The notes beneath the pieces were generated by a model. That model ran no database searches, had not been told where the DNA came from, and saw only the letters and a list, made by a program, of their open reading frames with translations. The position numbers were made by a program, and so were the translations under genes. This document shows, one piece after another, positions 19,413-30,141 of a stretch of 64,000 nt of DNA; the stretch's first letter is position 1; each line of letters starts with the position of its first letter. This stretch comes from Candidatus Omnitrophota bacterium. GTDB lineage: Bacteria > Omnitrophota > Gorgyraeia > Zapsychrales > JAKLDJ01. Location: assembly GCA_022703585.1 (NCBI GenBank), contig JAKLDJ010000002.1, positions 155,413 through 219,412 of the forward strand, in the 5' to 3' direction.

Positions 19413-20669
19413 CTACGTCCCCATGTTCCAGCTTGACAAATATTTCTTCTGCTCTGCCGTTAGCGTATCGATTTTGATTCCCAATGCTCTTAATTTCAGT
19501 TTAGCGATCATGCGATCAATATTTTCCGGAACGCTGTAGACCTGTTTCTTTAGTTTCTTATAATTCTTGGCAACATATTCGGATGAAAGCGCCTGATTGG
19601 CAAAACTCATATCCATAACCGATGCCGGATGGCCTTCGGCCGCCGCTAGATTCACAAGCCTGCCTTCGCCAAGAAGGTAAATATTCTTTCCGTTTCTTAG
19701 CGCATATTCTTCCACGAAGTCACGGATAATCCTTTTCGCCTTGGTAATTCTTGTTAAGCCCTTTAAATCTAATTCGGCGTCAAAGTGACCCGAATTTGCC
19801 ATGATAGCGCCATCTTTCATCAGCAGCATATGTTCAGCGCGAATGACATTAATATCACCCGTCACCGTAACAAAGACATCGCCTATCTTGGCAGCATCAC
19901 GAATAGTCATCACCTGATAGCCGTCCATAACAGCCTCAAGCGCTCTTAAAGGGTCAACCTCGGTCACGATAACCTTAGCCCCCATGCCCTCGGCACGCAT
20001 CGCCAAACCCCGTCCGCACCAACCGTAACCGCAAACAACAAAATTAGCCCCAGCCATCAAACGGTTGGTGGCGCGAATAATGCCGTCCATCGTCGACTGG
20101 CCTGTGCCGTAACGATTATCAAAAAAGTGCTTGGTCATGGCATCGTTAACCGCAATAATCGGATACATTAATAATTTCTGCGCTTGAAGACTCTTAAGGC
20201 GGATAACGCCGGTCGTGGTTTCTTCGGTACCGGCGAAAATATTTTCCGCCAAATCCCGCCGTTTCTGATGGATTGTCGAAACCAAATCCGCCCCGTCATC
20301 CATGGTCAGATTGGGCCGGCTGTCTAAAGCCGCGTTAAGATGCTTGTAGTAGGTCTTGGTGTCTTCGCCCTTAATGGCAAAAACACTAATGCCGTAATCT
20401 TTGACCAGCGAGGCCGCCACATCGTCCTGAGTCGAAAGAGGATTCGAGGCACAGACATTGACTAAGGCGCCACCGCTTTTTAAAACCCGCACCAGGTTCG
20501 CCGTCTCGGTCGTCACATGCAGGCAGCAGCTGACGGTTAAATGCTTGAGCGGCTTTTCTTTCGCGAATCTCTCTTCGATCAAGCGCAAAACAGGCATGTC
20601 CTTACGGGCCCATTCAATACGCAGTTTTCCCTTCTTTGAAAGCGACAGATTTTTTACGTCGTATTTCAT
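19413..20669 (-). CDS. ahcY: Adenosylhomocysteinase
   Basis: 418 aa; NAD-binding and catalytic motifs of SAH hydrolase ([19 protein letters not shown]). Confidence 0.9.
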   Translation of the reverse strand: MKYDVKNLSLSKKGKLRIEWARKDMPVLRLIEERFAKEKPLKHLTVSCCLHVTTETANLVRVLKSGGALVNVCASNPLSTQDDVAASLVKDYGISVFAIKGEDTKTYYKHLNAALDSRPNLTMDDGADLVSTIHQKRRDLAENIFAGTEETTTGVIRLKSLQAQKLLMYPIIAVNDAMTKHFFDNRYGTGQSTMDGIIRATNRLMAGANFVVCGYGWCGRGLAMRAEGMGAKVIVTEVDPLRALEAVMDGYQVMTIRDAAKIGDVFVTVTGDINVIRAEHMLLMKDGAIMANSGHFDAELDLKGLTRITKAKRIIRDFVEEYALRNGKNIYLLGEGRLVNLAAAEGHPASVMDMSFANQALSSEYVAKNYKKLKKQVYSVPENIDRMIAKLKLRALGIKIDTLTAEQKKYLSSWNMGT

Positions 20670-20672
20670 TTT

Positions 20673-21824
20673 TTAGGCGTCCTTTTTTAGTATCGCGGCT
20701 TTTGAGGTATCTTCCCAGGTAAATTCGTTTCTGCCAAAATGGCCGTAGGCTGCCGTCTGGCGGTAAATCGGCCGCAGCAACTTTAGTTCCTCGATAATCC
20801 CTCTTGGCCGTAAGTCAAAATGCTTGCGCACTAACTCAACCAAGCGCTGAACAGGAACTTTTCCTGTATCAAACGTATCAATGGTAACGCTCACCGGGTC
20901 GGCGCGGCCTATGGCATAGCCAAACTGAACCCAGCATTGTTTGGCCAATTGCGCCGCGACAATATTCTTAGCAACGCAGCGGGCCATGTACGCCGCGGAA
21001 CGGTCGACCTTGGTCGGATCTTTTCCGGAAAACGCCCCGCCGCCGTGAGAAACAACGCCGCCGTAGGTATCGACAACGATTTTGCGGCCAGTAACGCCGG
21101 TATCGGACTGCGGACCACCGACGACAAATTTTCCCGTCTCATTGATGAAATAAATCGTATTTTTATCGACCATTTTCCCCAAAACGGATTTGGCGACAAC
21201 ATTAATGATCTCCTGGCGTGCTTTATCAGTAATCTTCTTGCCCGTCTTATCCAGGATTTTTTCGGTATGCTGGCAGGCTAAAACCACCGTATCGATGCGA
21301 ATAGGTTTTCCGTCCTTGTATTCTATGGTGACCTGGCTCTTGCAATCCGGGCCCAGATAGTCTAGCTCTTTTGACTTGCGCACCTCTTCGACCCGCCTGA
21401 CCAATTTATGAGCTAAAACAATAGGTAACGGCATCAATTCGGGCGTCTCATCGCAGGCATAACCGATCATGATTCCCTGGTCACCGGCACCACCTGTGTC
21501 AACACCTTGCGCAATATCCGGCGACTGGCTGTTGATCGCGTTAAGAATCGCGCAAGTCCCGGCATCAAACCCGTATTTGTGATCATTGTAACCGATATCA
21601 TTAAGGACATTGCGGACCAGCTTTTGAACGTCGACGTAGGTCGTCGTCGTAATTTCACCGCCGACAATAACTAACCCGGCTGAAATAAAGCTCTCGCAGG
21701 CCACGCGCCCCTTAGGATCGTCTTTTAAGACATCGTCTAATACCGCATCCGAAATCTGATCGCACACCTTATCCGGATGACCCTTACCCACCGACTCCGA
21801 AGTTAAGAAATATTTACCCTTCAC
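20673..21824 (-). CDS. metK: S-adenosylmethionine synthetase
   Basis: 383 aa; [25 protein letters not shown]-terminus. Confidence 0.9.
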   Translation of the reverse strand: MKGKYFLTSESVGKGHPDKVCDQISDAVLDDVLKDDPKGRVACESFISAGLVIVGGEITTTTYVDVQKLVRNVLNDIGYNDHKYGFDAGTCAILNAINSQSPDIAQGVDTGGAGDQGIMIGYACDETPELMPLPIVLAHKLVRRVEEVRKSKELDYLGPDCKSQVTIEYKDGKPIRIDTVVLACQHTEKILDKTGKKITDKARQEIINVVAKSVLGKMVDKNTIYFINETGKFVVGGPQSDTGVTGRKIVVDTYGGVVSHGGGAFSGKDPTKVDRSAAYMARCVAKNIVAAQLAKQCWVQFGYAIGRADPVSVTIDTFDTGKVPVQRLVELVRKHFDLRPRGIIEELKLLRPIYRQTAAYGHFGRNEFTWEDTSKAAILKKDA

Positions 21825-21850
21825 TGTAGCTACCTTCCTTTCTTATTTGT

Positions 21851-22591
21851 TTAAGATAGAAAATCCTTCTGCGCTTTTTCGTATTCTTCGATACTGCCGA
21901 TATCATACCACTTCCCACCGAACGTAAAACCATAAACCTCGTCTTCCTCGGAAAGCCAGCGGATATAATCCCCGGTGGCATCCGTTTTTTGCGAACGCGA
22001 AACGTAATCGGGAATAGACTGAAGCGACTCTTTCGGGAAGAAATACAGGCACATCGCAATCAAGCTCGATTTAGGAGTCTGAGGTTTTTCCTCGAAAGAG
22101 ATAACCTTATTGCCTTTATCCAGCTTCACCACGCCGAATTTCTTGGCACTCTCGACATTCTTTATATCGTAAACTCCGATACTAACATGCGGCCTGTTTT
22201 TATCGGCACACTCTATATACTGTCCCAGGCCCAAATCAAATAAATTGTCTCCGCCGATAACCAGCAAATCTTCTTTGATCGTTTTCTTTTTAAAGACAAA
22301 ATCAATATCCCCCACCGCCCCCAACCGCCCTTCGGGCGTTGTCGTCCCGTCATTAATAATCGCAATCGGAACAGGAAAACTCTTGTTCGCCTTAGCCCAA
22401 TCTTCAAAGGGGCCGTGAAACCGCTCGTTGGTGACAACGATAACCTCGGAGAGACTCTTCAAATGAACCGCCTTATCAATCAGGTGGTTCATGATCGGTT
22501 TACCGGCAAAGGATAAGAGCGGCTTTGGCTTATCCTTAGTCAGAGGGTAAAGCCTGGTTCCGTATCCGGCGGCTAAAACTAATACTTTCAT
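21851..22591 (-). CDS. Sugar-phosphate nucleotidyltransferase (NTP_transferase family)
   Basis: 246 aa; LAAGYGTRLYPLTKDKPKPLL motif. Confidence 0.7.
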   Translation of the reverse strand: MKVLVLAAGYGTRLYPLTKDKPKPLLSFAGKPIMNHLIDKAVHLKSLSEVIVVTNERFHGPFEDWAKANKSFPVPIAIINDGTTTPEGRLGAVGDIDFVFKKKTIKEDLLVIGGDNLFDLGLGQYIECADKNRPHVSIGVYDIKNVESAKKFGVVKLDKGNKVISFEEKPQTPKSSLIAMCLYFFPKESLQSIPDYVSRSQKTDATGDYIRWLSEEDEVYGFTFGGKWYDIGSIEEYEKAQKDFLS

Positions 22592-22603
22592 AGCGGGTTT
22601 CTT

Positions 22604-24376
22604 TTATATCCTGCTGTTACCGTCCGCGCTAAATATCTGCGGAGCCAATTCTTTAAGTTTCGACTTGCTAAATGCCTCTACCTCGGCCCCGGTCGAAAGG
22701 CTTAAGGCGGCCAGCGCCATCTCCTGCGCATCTTTATAGCTAACGCTACGGATCAATTTCTTGATCTGCAAAATATTAAGAGCTGACATACTGAATTCAT
22801 CTAGGCCTAAGCCCAACAAGAGAAACGCCAGAGTCGGCTCACCCGACATCTCTCCGCAAAGCCCTATGCTGATACCCCCGGCGTGTCCATCATCGATAAT
22901 TCTTTTGATCAAACGTAAAATCGCCGGGTGACCCGGATCGTAGAGATCCGCGGTCTGCTCGTTGGCACGGTCAACGGCCAGGGTATATTGAATCAAATCA
23001 TTGGTACCAATGCTAAAGAAATCCGTCTCTTTGGCCAAAATATCCGCTGTCAAAGCCGCAGAAGGAACCTCAATCATAACGCCGACTTTCATATGTTCAT
23101 CAAAACGAATTCCCTCTTCCTTCAAATCCTTCTTCACTTCCTCGAGGATCGCATTGGCCTGACGCAATTCTCCGGCACCGGAAATCATCGGGTACATGAG
23201 TTTTATCTTTCCGTGAGCCGAGGCCCTTAAAACCGCACGCAGCTGCGTTTTAAAGATATCCGGCCGCGCCAGACAAAAACGGATAGCCCGCCACCCCAAA
23301 AACGGATGCATGTCCCTGGGAATTTGTAAACTCGAAACAAATTTATCGCCTCCTAAGTCAAGGCTGCGTATCGTCACCGAATACGGCGCGATGGATTCGG
23401 CCACATGCTTGTAGGCTTCATACTGCTCGTCTTCGGAAGGAAGATCAATCCGGTTCATATAAAAATATTCAGTACGATAAAGCCCTACACCGCCGGCACC
23501 CTGTTTTAAAACGATAGGGATCTCCTCGGGCAAATCAAGATTTGCTAAGATGGTAACTTTGTGCCCGTCTGTTGTTTCGGCCGGTAAATCTTTAATGTCT
23601 GAAAACCGGTCCCGCAAGGCTTCGATCCTGCGCTGTTCGTTGCGGTAAATCTCCAAGGTGGCCTGCGAAGGATTAATGATCAAAAGCCCCATTCTTCCGT
23701 CGACAACAATAAAATCCTGGTTGCTGATCCGCAACGTCGCATCTTTTAAACCCACCACCGCCGGAATTCCCAGCGATTTGGCCATGATAGCCGTATGCGA
23801 CGTACGCCCGCCGATATCGGTGGCAAAGGCAATAATGTTTTTGTTGAACATGCTTGCCGTATCCGAAGGAGAGAGATCGTGCGAGATAATAATCATCTGC
23901 TCGCTTAAGTTTTCCAGGTCATGCCATTTCGATTCGCCGATCAGATTCTTTAACAGACGCCGGCCGACATCATTGATATCGCTGGTCCGTTCCCTTAAAT
24001 ATTCGTCCTGAATAGTCGAAAAAACTTTTATATAATTTTTAAGAACTTCCGAAAAGACAAATTCCACACACAGCGCCTCTTTTTTGATTCTTTTAATCAC
24101 CTGCTCAATAAGCATGCGGTCTTCGAGAACCAGGATATGGGCATCAAAAATCTGGGCATGCTGCATACCCATCTCGTCGGCAATCTTTCTTTGAACCGCA
24201 AGGATCTCGTCCCGGGTCTTAATAATCGCCTCTTCAAAGCGCGCAATCTCGATAGGGATTTCTTTTTCCATGACAGAGCGGGGTGGCACAATAAATTCCT
24301 GCTTATCCAGAATAAATGCCGGACCGCAGGCAACCCCCGGCGCCGCCGGAATTCCTTTTAAGACTATCTCAGCCAT
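22604..24376 (-). CDS. ptsI: Phosphoenolpyruvate-protein phosphotransferase (PTS Enzyme I)
   Basis: 590 aa; [21 protein letters not shown] phosphohistidine region and C-terminal PEP-utilising TIM barrel. Confidence 0.9.
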   Translation of the reverse strand: MAEIVLKGIPAAPGVACGPAFILDKQEFIVPPRSVMEKEIPIEIARFEEAIIKTRDEILAVQRKIADEMGMQHAQIFDAHILVLEDRMLIEQVIKRIKKEALCVEFVFSEVLKNYIKVFSTIQDEYLRERTSDINDVGRRLLKNLIGESKWHDLENLSEQMIIISHDLSPSDTASMFNKNIIAFATDIGGRTSHTAIMAKSLGIPAVVGLKDATLRISNQDFIVVDGRMGLLIINPSQATLEIYRNEQRRIEALRDRFSDIKDLPAETTDGHKVTILANLDLPEEIPIVLKQGAGGVGLYRTEYFYMNRIDLPSEDEQYEAYKHVAESIAPYSVTIRSLDLGGDKFVSSLQIPRDMHPFLGWRAIRFCLARPDIFKTQLRAVLRASAHGKIKLMYPMISGAGELRQANAILEEVKKDLKEEGIRFDEHMKVGVMIEVPSAALTADILAKETDFFSIGTNDLIQYTLAVDRANEQTADLYDPGHPAILRLIKRIIDDGHAGGISIGLCGEMSGEPTLAFLLLGLGLDEFSMSALNILQIKKLIRSVSYKDAQEMALAALSLSTGAEVEAFSKSKLKELAPQIFSADGNSRI

Positions 24377-24632
24377 TTTTTATTAAAAACTCCTCTAATT
24401 CGGCAACCGCCTGCTGGGCATCATCCCCATCGGCCTCAATGGTAATTTTGCTTAGGCGCTGCGCTGCCAGCATCAAAATCCCCATGATCGACTTGCCGTT
24501 GACTTTTTCTTTGCCTTTCTTAACGGTAATTTTTGAATCGTATTTTGCGGCAATCTGCACAAATAACGCCGCCGGCCTGGCATGCAGGCCCTGCTCGCTA
24601 AGAATCGTTATCTCACGCTCTACCTTCGCCAT
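24369..24632 (-). CDS. ptsH: Phosphocarrier protein HPr; start taken at internal MAKVERE, whereas the ORF track extends to 24662
   Basis: ~88 aa; active-site GLHARPAA. Confidence 0.8.
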   Translation of the reverse strand: MAKVEREITILSEQGLHARPAALFVQIAAKYDSKITVKKGKEKVNGKSIMGILMLAAQRLSKITIEADGDDAQQAVAELEEFLIKNG

Positions 24633-24668
24633 CGTAACACCCATTCCATCTCCGCCCTGCACAGAAAT

Positions 24669-25913
24669 TTAACGCTTAATAACCCTGCTGCGCTCAATCA
24701 GACGAATCAAGGCTTTGGTCAATTTGCGGGAATCATGACGCACATAATCATCAACCCCCAGCAAGTCTTCCTCAACAACTTCATAGCCCATCTTTTTTAT
24801 CGTTTCGGAATCAGCATCTACGGGATAAGAATTCTCCGTCTTGTAGCGCCCGAGCATTTCCTTGGAAGTAATGACAGCATTATTAACAAGGCAGGCATTC
24901 ACAATGCCCTCATTCGTGTGCTCGATAATGGCATTCAAATGTTCGCTGGCCTTGTACGCTTCCGTCTCGCCCTGTTGAGTCATTACATTACAAACATAAA
25001 CTTTAAACGCCGATGAATCCCGGATAGCTTCCGCCACTCCGGGAATAATCAGGTTTGGTATAACACTGGTATAGAGACTGCCCGGCCCCAGGATAATGAC
25101 TTCGGAAGCTGCAATGGCGGCAATAGCCTCCTCCGTCGGCTGCGCATCTTTCGGCTTAAGAAACAGCTGCTTAATCCGCAAATTAGGCTTGGGGATATCA
25201 GCTTCGCCCTCGGTGCGGGAACCGTCCATATATTCCGCTACCAGATGCACATTCGCGACAGTTGACGGGATAACCCTTCCCCGGATAGCCAAGACCTTAC
25301 TCGATTCCTTAACGGCTTTTTCAAAATCTCCGCCGGTCAGCTGAAACATCGCCGTTAAAAAAAGATTTCCGAAATTATGTCCCTGCAGCTGCGAATCCTT
25401 AGAAAAACGGAACTGAAAAAGCTGCCCCATCAAGGCCGGCGCATCGGCCAGAGCAACCAGGCAATTACGAATGTCCCCGGGAGCCACAATGTTAAATTCC
25501 TCGCGTAATCTCCCCGAGGAGCCGCCGCTATCGGCCACGGTAACAATGGCCGTAATATTCGATGAGTAATCTTTTAACCCTAACAGCAAATTAGAAAGCC
25601 CGTGGCCACCGCCGATGGCGACGATTTTCGGGCCCCGCTCCAGATACCGCCGCTGATAAAGGATGTTGACCAAATCCCGCTCGCGTTCGGGTAAGAACAA
25701 GGTAATCAGCGAAACAATCATCTTGCCCATTCCGTAAACCAGAAGCACGATACCGCAGATAATGATCACGGCGCCGCACATGCTGACTAACGGGTAAGGC
25801 TGGGCCATGGCAATGGCCCCGCCGCCGACAACAATAACTCCGAACAGCGAGGTAAATGCCCACCGCTTGATCCTCATGCCGGGATAAAGCCATTTAAAAA
25901 GATTTTTAGGCAC
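24669..25913 (-). CDS. yvcK: YvcK/CofD-like (UPF0052) protein with N-terminal membrane helices
   Basis: 414 aa; KIVAIGGGHGLSNLL and VTVADSGGSSGRLR motifs; two N-terminal TM segments. Confidence 0.75.
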   Translation of the reverse strand: MPKNLFKWLYPGMRIKRWAFTSLFGVIVVGGGAIAMAQPYPLVSMCGAVIIICGIVLLVYGMGKMIVSLITLFLPERERDLVNILYQRRYLERGPKIVAIGGGHGLSNLLLGLKDYSSNITAIVTVADSGGSSGRLREEFNIVAPGDIRNCLVALADAPALMGQLFQFRFSKDSQLQGHNFGNLFLTAMFQLTGGDFEKAVKESSKVLAIRGRVIPSTVANVHLVAEYMDGSRTEGEADIPKPNLRIKQLFLKPKDAQPTEEAIAAIAASEVIILGPGSLYTSVIPNLIIPGVAEAIRDSSAFKVYVCNVMTQQGETEAYKASEHLNAIIEHTNEGIVNACLVNNAVITSKEMLGRYKTENSYPVDADSETIKKMGYEVVEEDLLGVDDYVRHDSRKLTKALIRLIERSRVIKR

Positions 25914-25994
25914 AGATTTTTACCGATTATACCGATTTGTTTCTACAAAAAACTTAAATGAATCCGATTCTTAAGCGTACAGTCCGGGGTGGAT

Positions 25995-26465
25995 TTATGG
26001 TGTACGTTCGTCTTCCTGGGCAATCAACTTTAGAATGAGCTTGTCGTCTTTCATTTGCTTGATGTTCTCTCTAAAGTATTTGTCTTTTAACAAATGCGAG
26101 ATTTTCGCCAGGGCTTTTAAATGCGGGCCGGCGGAATCGGTAGGTGCCACCAACAAAAAGAAAATATAGGCAGGCTCACCGTCCAAGGAATCAAAATCAA
26201 CGCCTTTGCGGCTAACCCCCAGTGCCGCCGTCATCTTACCGACAAAATCACATTTCCCGTGCGGAATAGCGACCCCTTGTCCGATGGCGGTTGATCCTAA
26301 GGCCTCTCGGGCTAGAAGGGTTTCAACAAGCTTGAGCTTGTTTTTCTTTTCAATCGTACCGGCGCTAACCAAAAGGCCAACCATCTCCTGGATAACCTCT
26401 TTTTTATTAGCACCTTTAAGGTCTGTCGTGACTGCCTTCGGACAAAGAAACTCTCCGATTTTCAT
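25995..26465 (-). CDS. ptsN: PTS EIIA-Ntr-type regulatory protein
   Basis: 156 aa; IIA-fructose/nitrogen fold with GVAIPHGK active-site histidine region. Confidence 0.8.
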   Translation of the reverse strand: MKIGEFLCPKAVTTDLKGANKKEVIQEMVGLLVSAGTIEKKNKLKLVETLLAREALGSTAIGQGVAIPHGKCDFVGKMTAALGVSRKGVDFDSLDGEPAYIFFLLVAPTDSAGPHLKALAKISHLLKDKYFRENIKQMKDDKLILKLIAQEDERTP

Positions 26466-26541
26466 TAGATTTTCCTCCTAACGTTTGCGTTCAGACGCTA
26501 AACGATATTGAGTGTTTGAGTAGATGTGATAAAAAAGAAAA

Positions 26542-26613
26542 AGCGGCGGATGGGACTTGAACCCACGCCATCCTGCTTGGCAAGCAGGCATTCTACCACT
26601 GAATTACCGCCGC
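26542..26613 (-). tRNA. tRNA-Gly (anticodon GCC)
   Basis: Reverse complement folds as a cloverleaf: acceptor GCGGCGG/CCGCCGC, anticodon loop TTGCCAA, T-loop TTCAAGT. Confidence 0.85.
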
Positions 26614-26696
26614 ATAAACTTTCTGGATCGCACATGAGCCTTTATGTCTTTTACAAAGAACACGTATCCTATTCCGATGCGGGTGCTAAAAATTCA

Positions 26697-26778
26697 TGGG
26701 CGGAAGAGGATTTGAACCTCCAAGGGTTGCCCCACATGCTCCTAAGGCATGCGCGTCTGCCAATTCCGCCACCCGCCC
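26697..26778 (-). tRNA. tRNA-Leu (anticodon TAG), long variable arm
   Basis: Reverse complement GGGCGGGTGGCGGAATTGGCAGACGCG...CTTAGGA...GGTTCAAATCC; 82 nt with an extended variable arm. Confidence 0.85.
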
Positions 26779-26866
26779 GAATAGACTCATTCGGCCAAAA
26801 AAATCCCAAAAAGAATAACTGATAACTAAGAGCCTTCAAAAGCCGGGCCGGATTTCTTATAAATAA

Positions 26867-26942
26867 TGGTGACCCACCCGCGGCTCGAACGCGGCACCCC
26901 TGCCTTAAAAGGGCAGTGCTCTACCAGATGAGCTAGTGGGTC
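26867..26942 (-). tRNA. tRNA-Lys (anticodon TTT) with encoded CCA
   Basis: Reverse complement GACCCACTAGCTCATCTGGTAGAGCACTGCCCTTTTAAGGCAGGGGTGCCGCGTTCGAGCCGCGGGTGGGTCACCA. Confidence 0.9.
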
Positions 26943-27007
26943 ATTTATTTTATAAATTTTCAAAGAAATGCTACCGCGCAATGCACAATCACAAAATCAT
27001 CGCGCAT

Positions 27008-27577
27008 CTATTTATTATCAAATTCCGTCAATTCCTTATTCTTCATTTCCAAAATCTTATCGACTTCTTTAATATATTTATCCGTCAACTTCTGGACTTC
27101 TTCTTGCCCTTTAAAATTATCATCCTCGGCGATAAGCTTGTCCGTTTCCATCTTTTTAATCTTTTCATTCGCTTCGCGGCGTATCGTCCGGAGAGAAACC
27201 CTTCCGTTCTCGGCCATATCCCTGACCACCTTGGTCATTTCCTGGCGACGCTCTTTTGAAAGAGGCGGAATAGACAGGCGCATGACCTTTCCGTCGTTCG
27301 AGGGCATGATCCCGAGATTGGATTTTAAAATAGCTTTTTCAATCTCCGGAATAGCCGAGATATCCCAGGGCTGAACCATAATCGTCTTGGAATCGGGAAT
27401 AGAAATAGACGCAATCTGCTTAACCATGGTCGGTGTCCCGTAATAATCGATATGCATGCCTTCGATTAAACCCGGATGGGCCCGCCCGGTACGCACTTCC
27501 GAGAATTCACGAGCGACGGATTCAACGGTCTTTTTCATTCTTGTTTCTGTTTGCACAATAGTCTCTTTAAGATTCAT
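27008..27577 (-). CDS. frr: Ribosome recycling factor
   Basis: 189 aa; full-length RRF similarity. Confidence 0.9.
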   Translation of the reverse strand: MNLKETIVQTETRMKKTVESVAREFSEVRTGRAHPGLIEGMHIDYYGTPTMVKQIASISIPDSKTIMVQPWDISAIPEIEKAILKSNLGIMPSNDGKVMRLSIPPLSKERRQEMTKVVRDMAENGRVSLRTIRREANEKIKKMETDKLIAEDDNFKGQEEVQKLTDKYIKEVDKILEMKNKELTEFDNK

Positions 27578-27592
27578 AACGCACCACCCTTT

Positions 27593-28348
27593 TTAACGCA
27601 CGACAGTTCCGATTTTTTCTCCCAGGACAACCCGCTTGATATTGCCTTCTTTGAGGAGATTAAAGACCACGATGGGCAAATCATTATCCATGCACAGGCT
27701 GATGGCAGTCGCATCCATAACCTTCAAATTTTTCTTTAGGACATCAATAAATTTAAGCTGAGAAAACTTTTTGGCATTGCGGTTCTTGACCGGATCCGCA
27801 GAATAGATGCCGTCGACTTTGGTGGCCTTTAAAATAACATCGGCATCAATTTCTTTGGCGCGCAGTGCCGCCGCCGTATCGGTCGTAAAAAAGGGATTCC
27901 CCGTACCGGCAACAAAAATGATAACTCGGTCTTTTTCCAAATGACGCATGGCACGCCGGCGGATATAGGATTCGGCAACGGCACGCATTTCGATGGCTGT
28001 TATCACGCGCGTCGGGACATCGAGTTTTTCCAAGGCATTCTGAAGGGCTAGGCCGTTTAAGACGGTGGCCAGCATACCCATGTAATCACCGACCGCCCGG
28101 TCAAGGCCGAACCGCTTGGATTCCAGCTGGCCGCGAAAGATATTTCCGCCGCCTACCACCAAAGCAATTTTAACCCCCAAATCCAGAACTTCTTTAACCT
28201 GACGGGCCAAAGACGCGCAGACATCAGCGTCAATACCGTGATTCTGTCGGCCCTGCAAGGCCTCGCCGCTTAGCTTTAAAAGAATGCGTTTATAAACCGG
28301 TTTTTTATTCAACTTCGCCCACCTTATAGCGAATGAAACGACTGACAA
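27593..28348 (-). CDS. pyrH: Uridylate kinase; 5' end uncertain because the predicted start is a TTG overlapping tsf by 44 nt
   Basis: 251 aa; [12 protein letters not shown] motif. Confidence 0.85.
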   Translation of the reverse strand: MSVVSFAIRWAKLNKKPVYKRILLKLSGEALQGRQNHGIDADVCASLARQVKEVLDLGVKIALVVGGGNIFRGQLESKRFGLDRAVGDYMGMLATVLNGLALQNALEKLDVPTRVITAIEMRAVAESYIRRRAMRHLEKDRVIIFVAGTGNPFFTTDTAAALRAKEIDADVILKATKVDGIYSADPVKNRNAKKFSQLKFIDVLKKNLKVMDATAISLCMDNDLPIVVFNLLKEGNIKRVVLGEKIGTVVR

Positions 28349-28853
28349 TAATGTTCTCGCCCGTCTTGGAAATAAGGGAATTAAGATAATCCCTGACCGT
28401 TAGCTTCGGGTCTTTGACAAAGGCCTGGTCTAAAAGACAATTTTGCTTTACATATTCTTCGGCATTTTTTTCCTGCTTTAAAACATCCGCCGGGACATCT
28501 TCTTGTTTGATATATTTCGGCGACATGGCCGCAATGTGCATGGCAACATCCTTGGAAAACTGGCAGAAATCCGCGTTTTTTGCTACAAAATCTGTTTCGC
28601 AATTCACCTCGAGCAAAACGGCGATCTTAGAACCAAGGTGGACATAGGCCTCAACCTTCCCCTCTTTGGCCGTACGGCTCCCTTTTTTGGCCGCGAGCTC
28701 AACGCCCCTTTTCTTTAAAATTTCTTTGGCCTTCTCGACATTGCCCTTGGCTTCTTCCAGCGCTTTTTTGCATTCAATGACACCGCACGATGTCATCTCG
28801 CGTAATTCCCTGATTTCGTCTACAGAAACTCCCATTTTAATAGTTCCCTTCAT
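28305..28853 (-). CDS. tsf: Elongation factor Ts (short form)
   Basis: 182 aa; UBA-like N-terminus ([37 protein letters not shown]). Confidence 0.85.
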   Translation of the reverse strand: MKGTIKMGVSVDEIRELREMTSCGVIECKKALEEAKGNVEKAKEILKKRGVELAAKKGSRTAKEGKVEAYVHLGSKIAVLLEVNCETDFVAKNADFCQFSKDVAMHIAAMSPKYIKQEDVPADVLKQEKNAEEYVKQNCLLDQAFVKDPKLTVRDYLNSLISKTGENIIVSRFIRYKVGEVE

Positions 28854-28883
28854 TTATTGATTTTAGTTTGATTTTCTCCAGAA

Positions 28884-29747
28884 CTACTTCTTATCTCTGG
28901 TCAGCCGCACCTTGGTGGGCCCGCGTTTATCCGGCTCTTTCAAGACAACGGCAGAGGCTTCGATAGATTCGCTCTCTTCTTTGATAATTTCCTCTTCCTC
29001 GGCGGAAATACCGGCCTCTTGTTCGGCCTCGAGTCTTTCCCGAACGCTCTCGCTGGCTAAAAATGCCTTTTTCCCCTCGATAATACTATCCGTAATAATT
29101 GATGTAATCAGCTTGATGGATTTAAGTGCATCATCATTGCCGGGAATAGGAAAAGTGATCAAATCGGGATTGCAATTGGTGTCGATCAAACCAACGATAG
29201 GAATACCGAGTTTGGTGGCTTCTTTTACAGCGTTTTCTTCCTTGTTGGAATCAACGATAAAAATCGCCTGGGGCAGACGGCCCCCCATATCCCGAATACC
29301 GTTAAGATCGCGAGCAAGCTTATCTTTTTCCTTGGTCAAAAGGGCAACTTCTTTTTTGGTTAGCTTCTCAAAGGTACCGTCTTCGCCCATCCTTTCGATC
29401 GATTTCATCCGCTCGACTGATTTCTTGACCGTCTGGTAATTGGTCATGAGCCCCCCTAACCAGCGGTAGCGGACATAAAAAATGCCGGCCCTTTTGGCCT
29501 GCTCTTCCATTACTTCCTGGGCCTGTTTTTTGGTGCCCGCAAAAAGAATATTACCTCCCTTAGCAGCCACATCATGGAGAAAATCGCATGCCGCATTAAG
29601 GCATTCGACTGTCTTTTCCAAGTCAATAATGTAAATGCCGCTGCGATCGCCAAAGATGAACCTCTTCATCTTGGGATTCCAGCGTTTTGTCTGGTGCCCA
29701 AAGTGGACACCCGCTTCCAGCAATTTCTTGATTAATTCCTCAGCCAT
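28884..29747 (-). CDS. rpsB: 30S ribosomal protein S2 with acidic C-terminal extension
   Basis: 287 aa; [20 protein letters not shown]-terminus. Confidence 0.9.
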   Translation of the reverse strand: MAEELIKKLLEAGVHFGHQTKRWNPKMKRFIFGDRSGIYIIDLEKTVECLNAACDFLHDVAAKGGNILFAGTKKQAQEVMEEQAKRAGIFYVRYRWLGGLMTNYQTVKKSVERMKSIERMGEDGTFEKLTKKEVALLTKEKDKLARDLNGIRDMGGRLPQAIFIVDSNKEENAVKEATKLGIPIVGLIDTNCNPDLITFPIPGNDDALKSIKLITSIITDSIIEGKKAFLASESVRERLEAEQEAGISAEEEEIIKEESESIEASAVVLKEPDKRGPTKVRLTRDKK

Positions 29748-29865
29748 TTCTCCTCCATAGTTTCAACGTGAATTTTTAGTTGACCCCGATTTTGCATTAC
29801 ACTTTTATTTCTCAATTATCAATGAAAATCAAAATATAATTCAAAATCTACCTCCGATCACCTTC

Positions 29866-29962
29866 GTCGGGGTTAACCCCACTAGGCGCAACACGTTGCG
29901 CCGCAGCGGCCCAGAGGGCGAATTTTGTCCAGCCATCGGCTGGACAAAATTCGGGTTGAAGT
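29866..29962 (-). repeat. Copy B of the multi-hairpin intergenic element, inverted relative to copy A, ~120 bp upstream of rpsB
   Basis: Reverse complement reads caacccgaattttgtccagccgatggctggacaaaattcgccctctgggccgctgcggcgcaacgtgttgcgcctagtggggttaaccccgac; 15 bp perfect long stem. Confidence 0.7.
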
Positions 29963-29974
29963 AGTATACCCAAT

Positions 29975-30140
29975 AATCGATTTCTTTGCAACTTTTTATT
30001 TCAGATCGGGTTGATTTTCAAAATCGGTTTTTTTGCGAAAAATCACCCCAATTCTACCCAAAAATGCTATTTTTCCCAAATTTCACCCCTAAATCATACC
30101 CAAAATACCCCACTGAGTATAAGTATTATATAAAAGGGGG
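29975..30140 (-). repeat. Degenerate tandem repeat with regularly spaced G3-4 tracts on the minus strand (C-tracts on plus), in the msbA 3' region
   Basis: Minus strand reads GGGGTATTTTG GGTATGATTTAG GGGTGAAATTTG GG...TTTTTG GGTAGAATTG GGGTGATTTTT: six units of ~11-13 nt. Confidence 0.5.
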
Positions 30141-30141
30141 A

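Noticed and set aside
26466-26541. Imperfect hairpin cgtttgcg...cgctaaacg upstream of ptsN
   Set aside because: The stem is interrupted and there is only a single copy, so it is not distinguishable from chance. Not reported as regulatory.
28912-29439. 175 aa plus-strand ORF
   Set aside because: Antisense to rpsB. Serine-rich, with no recognisable domain.
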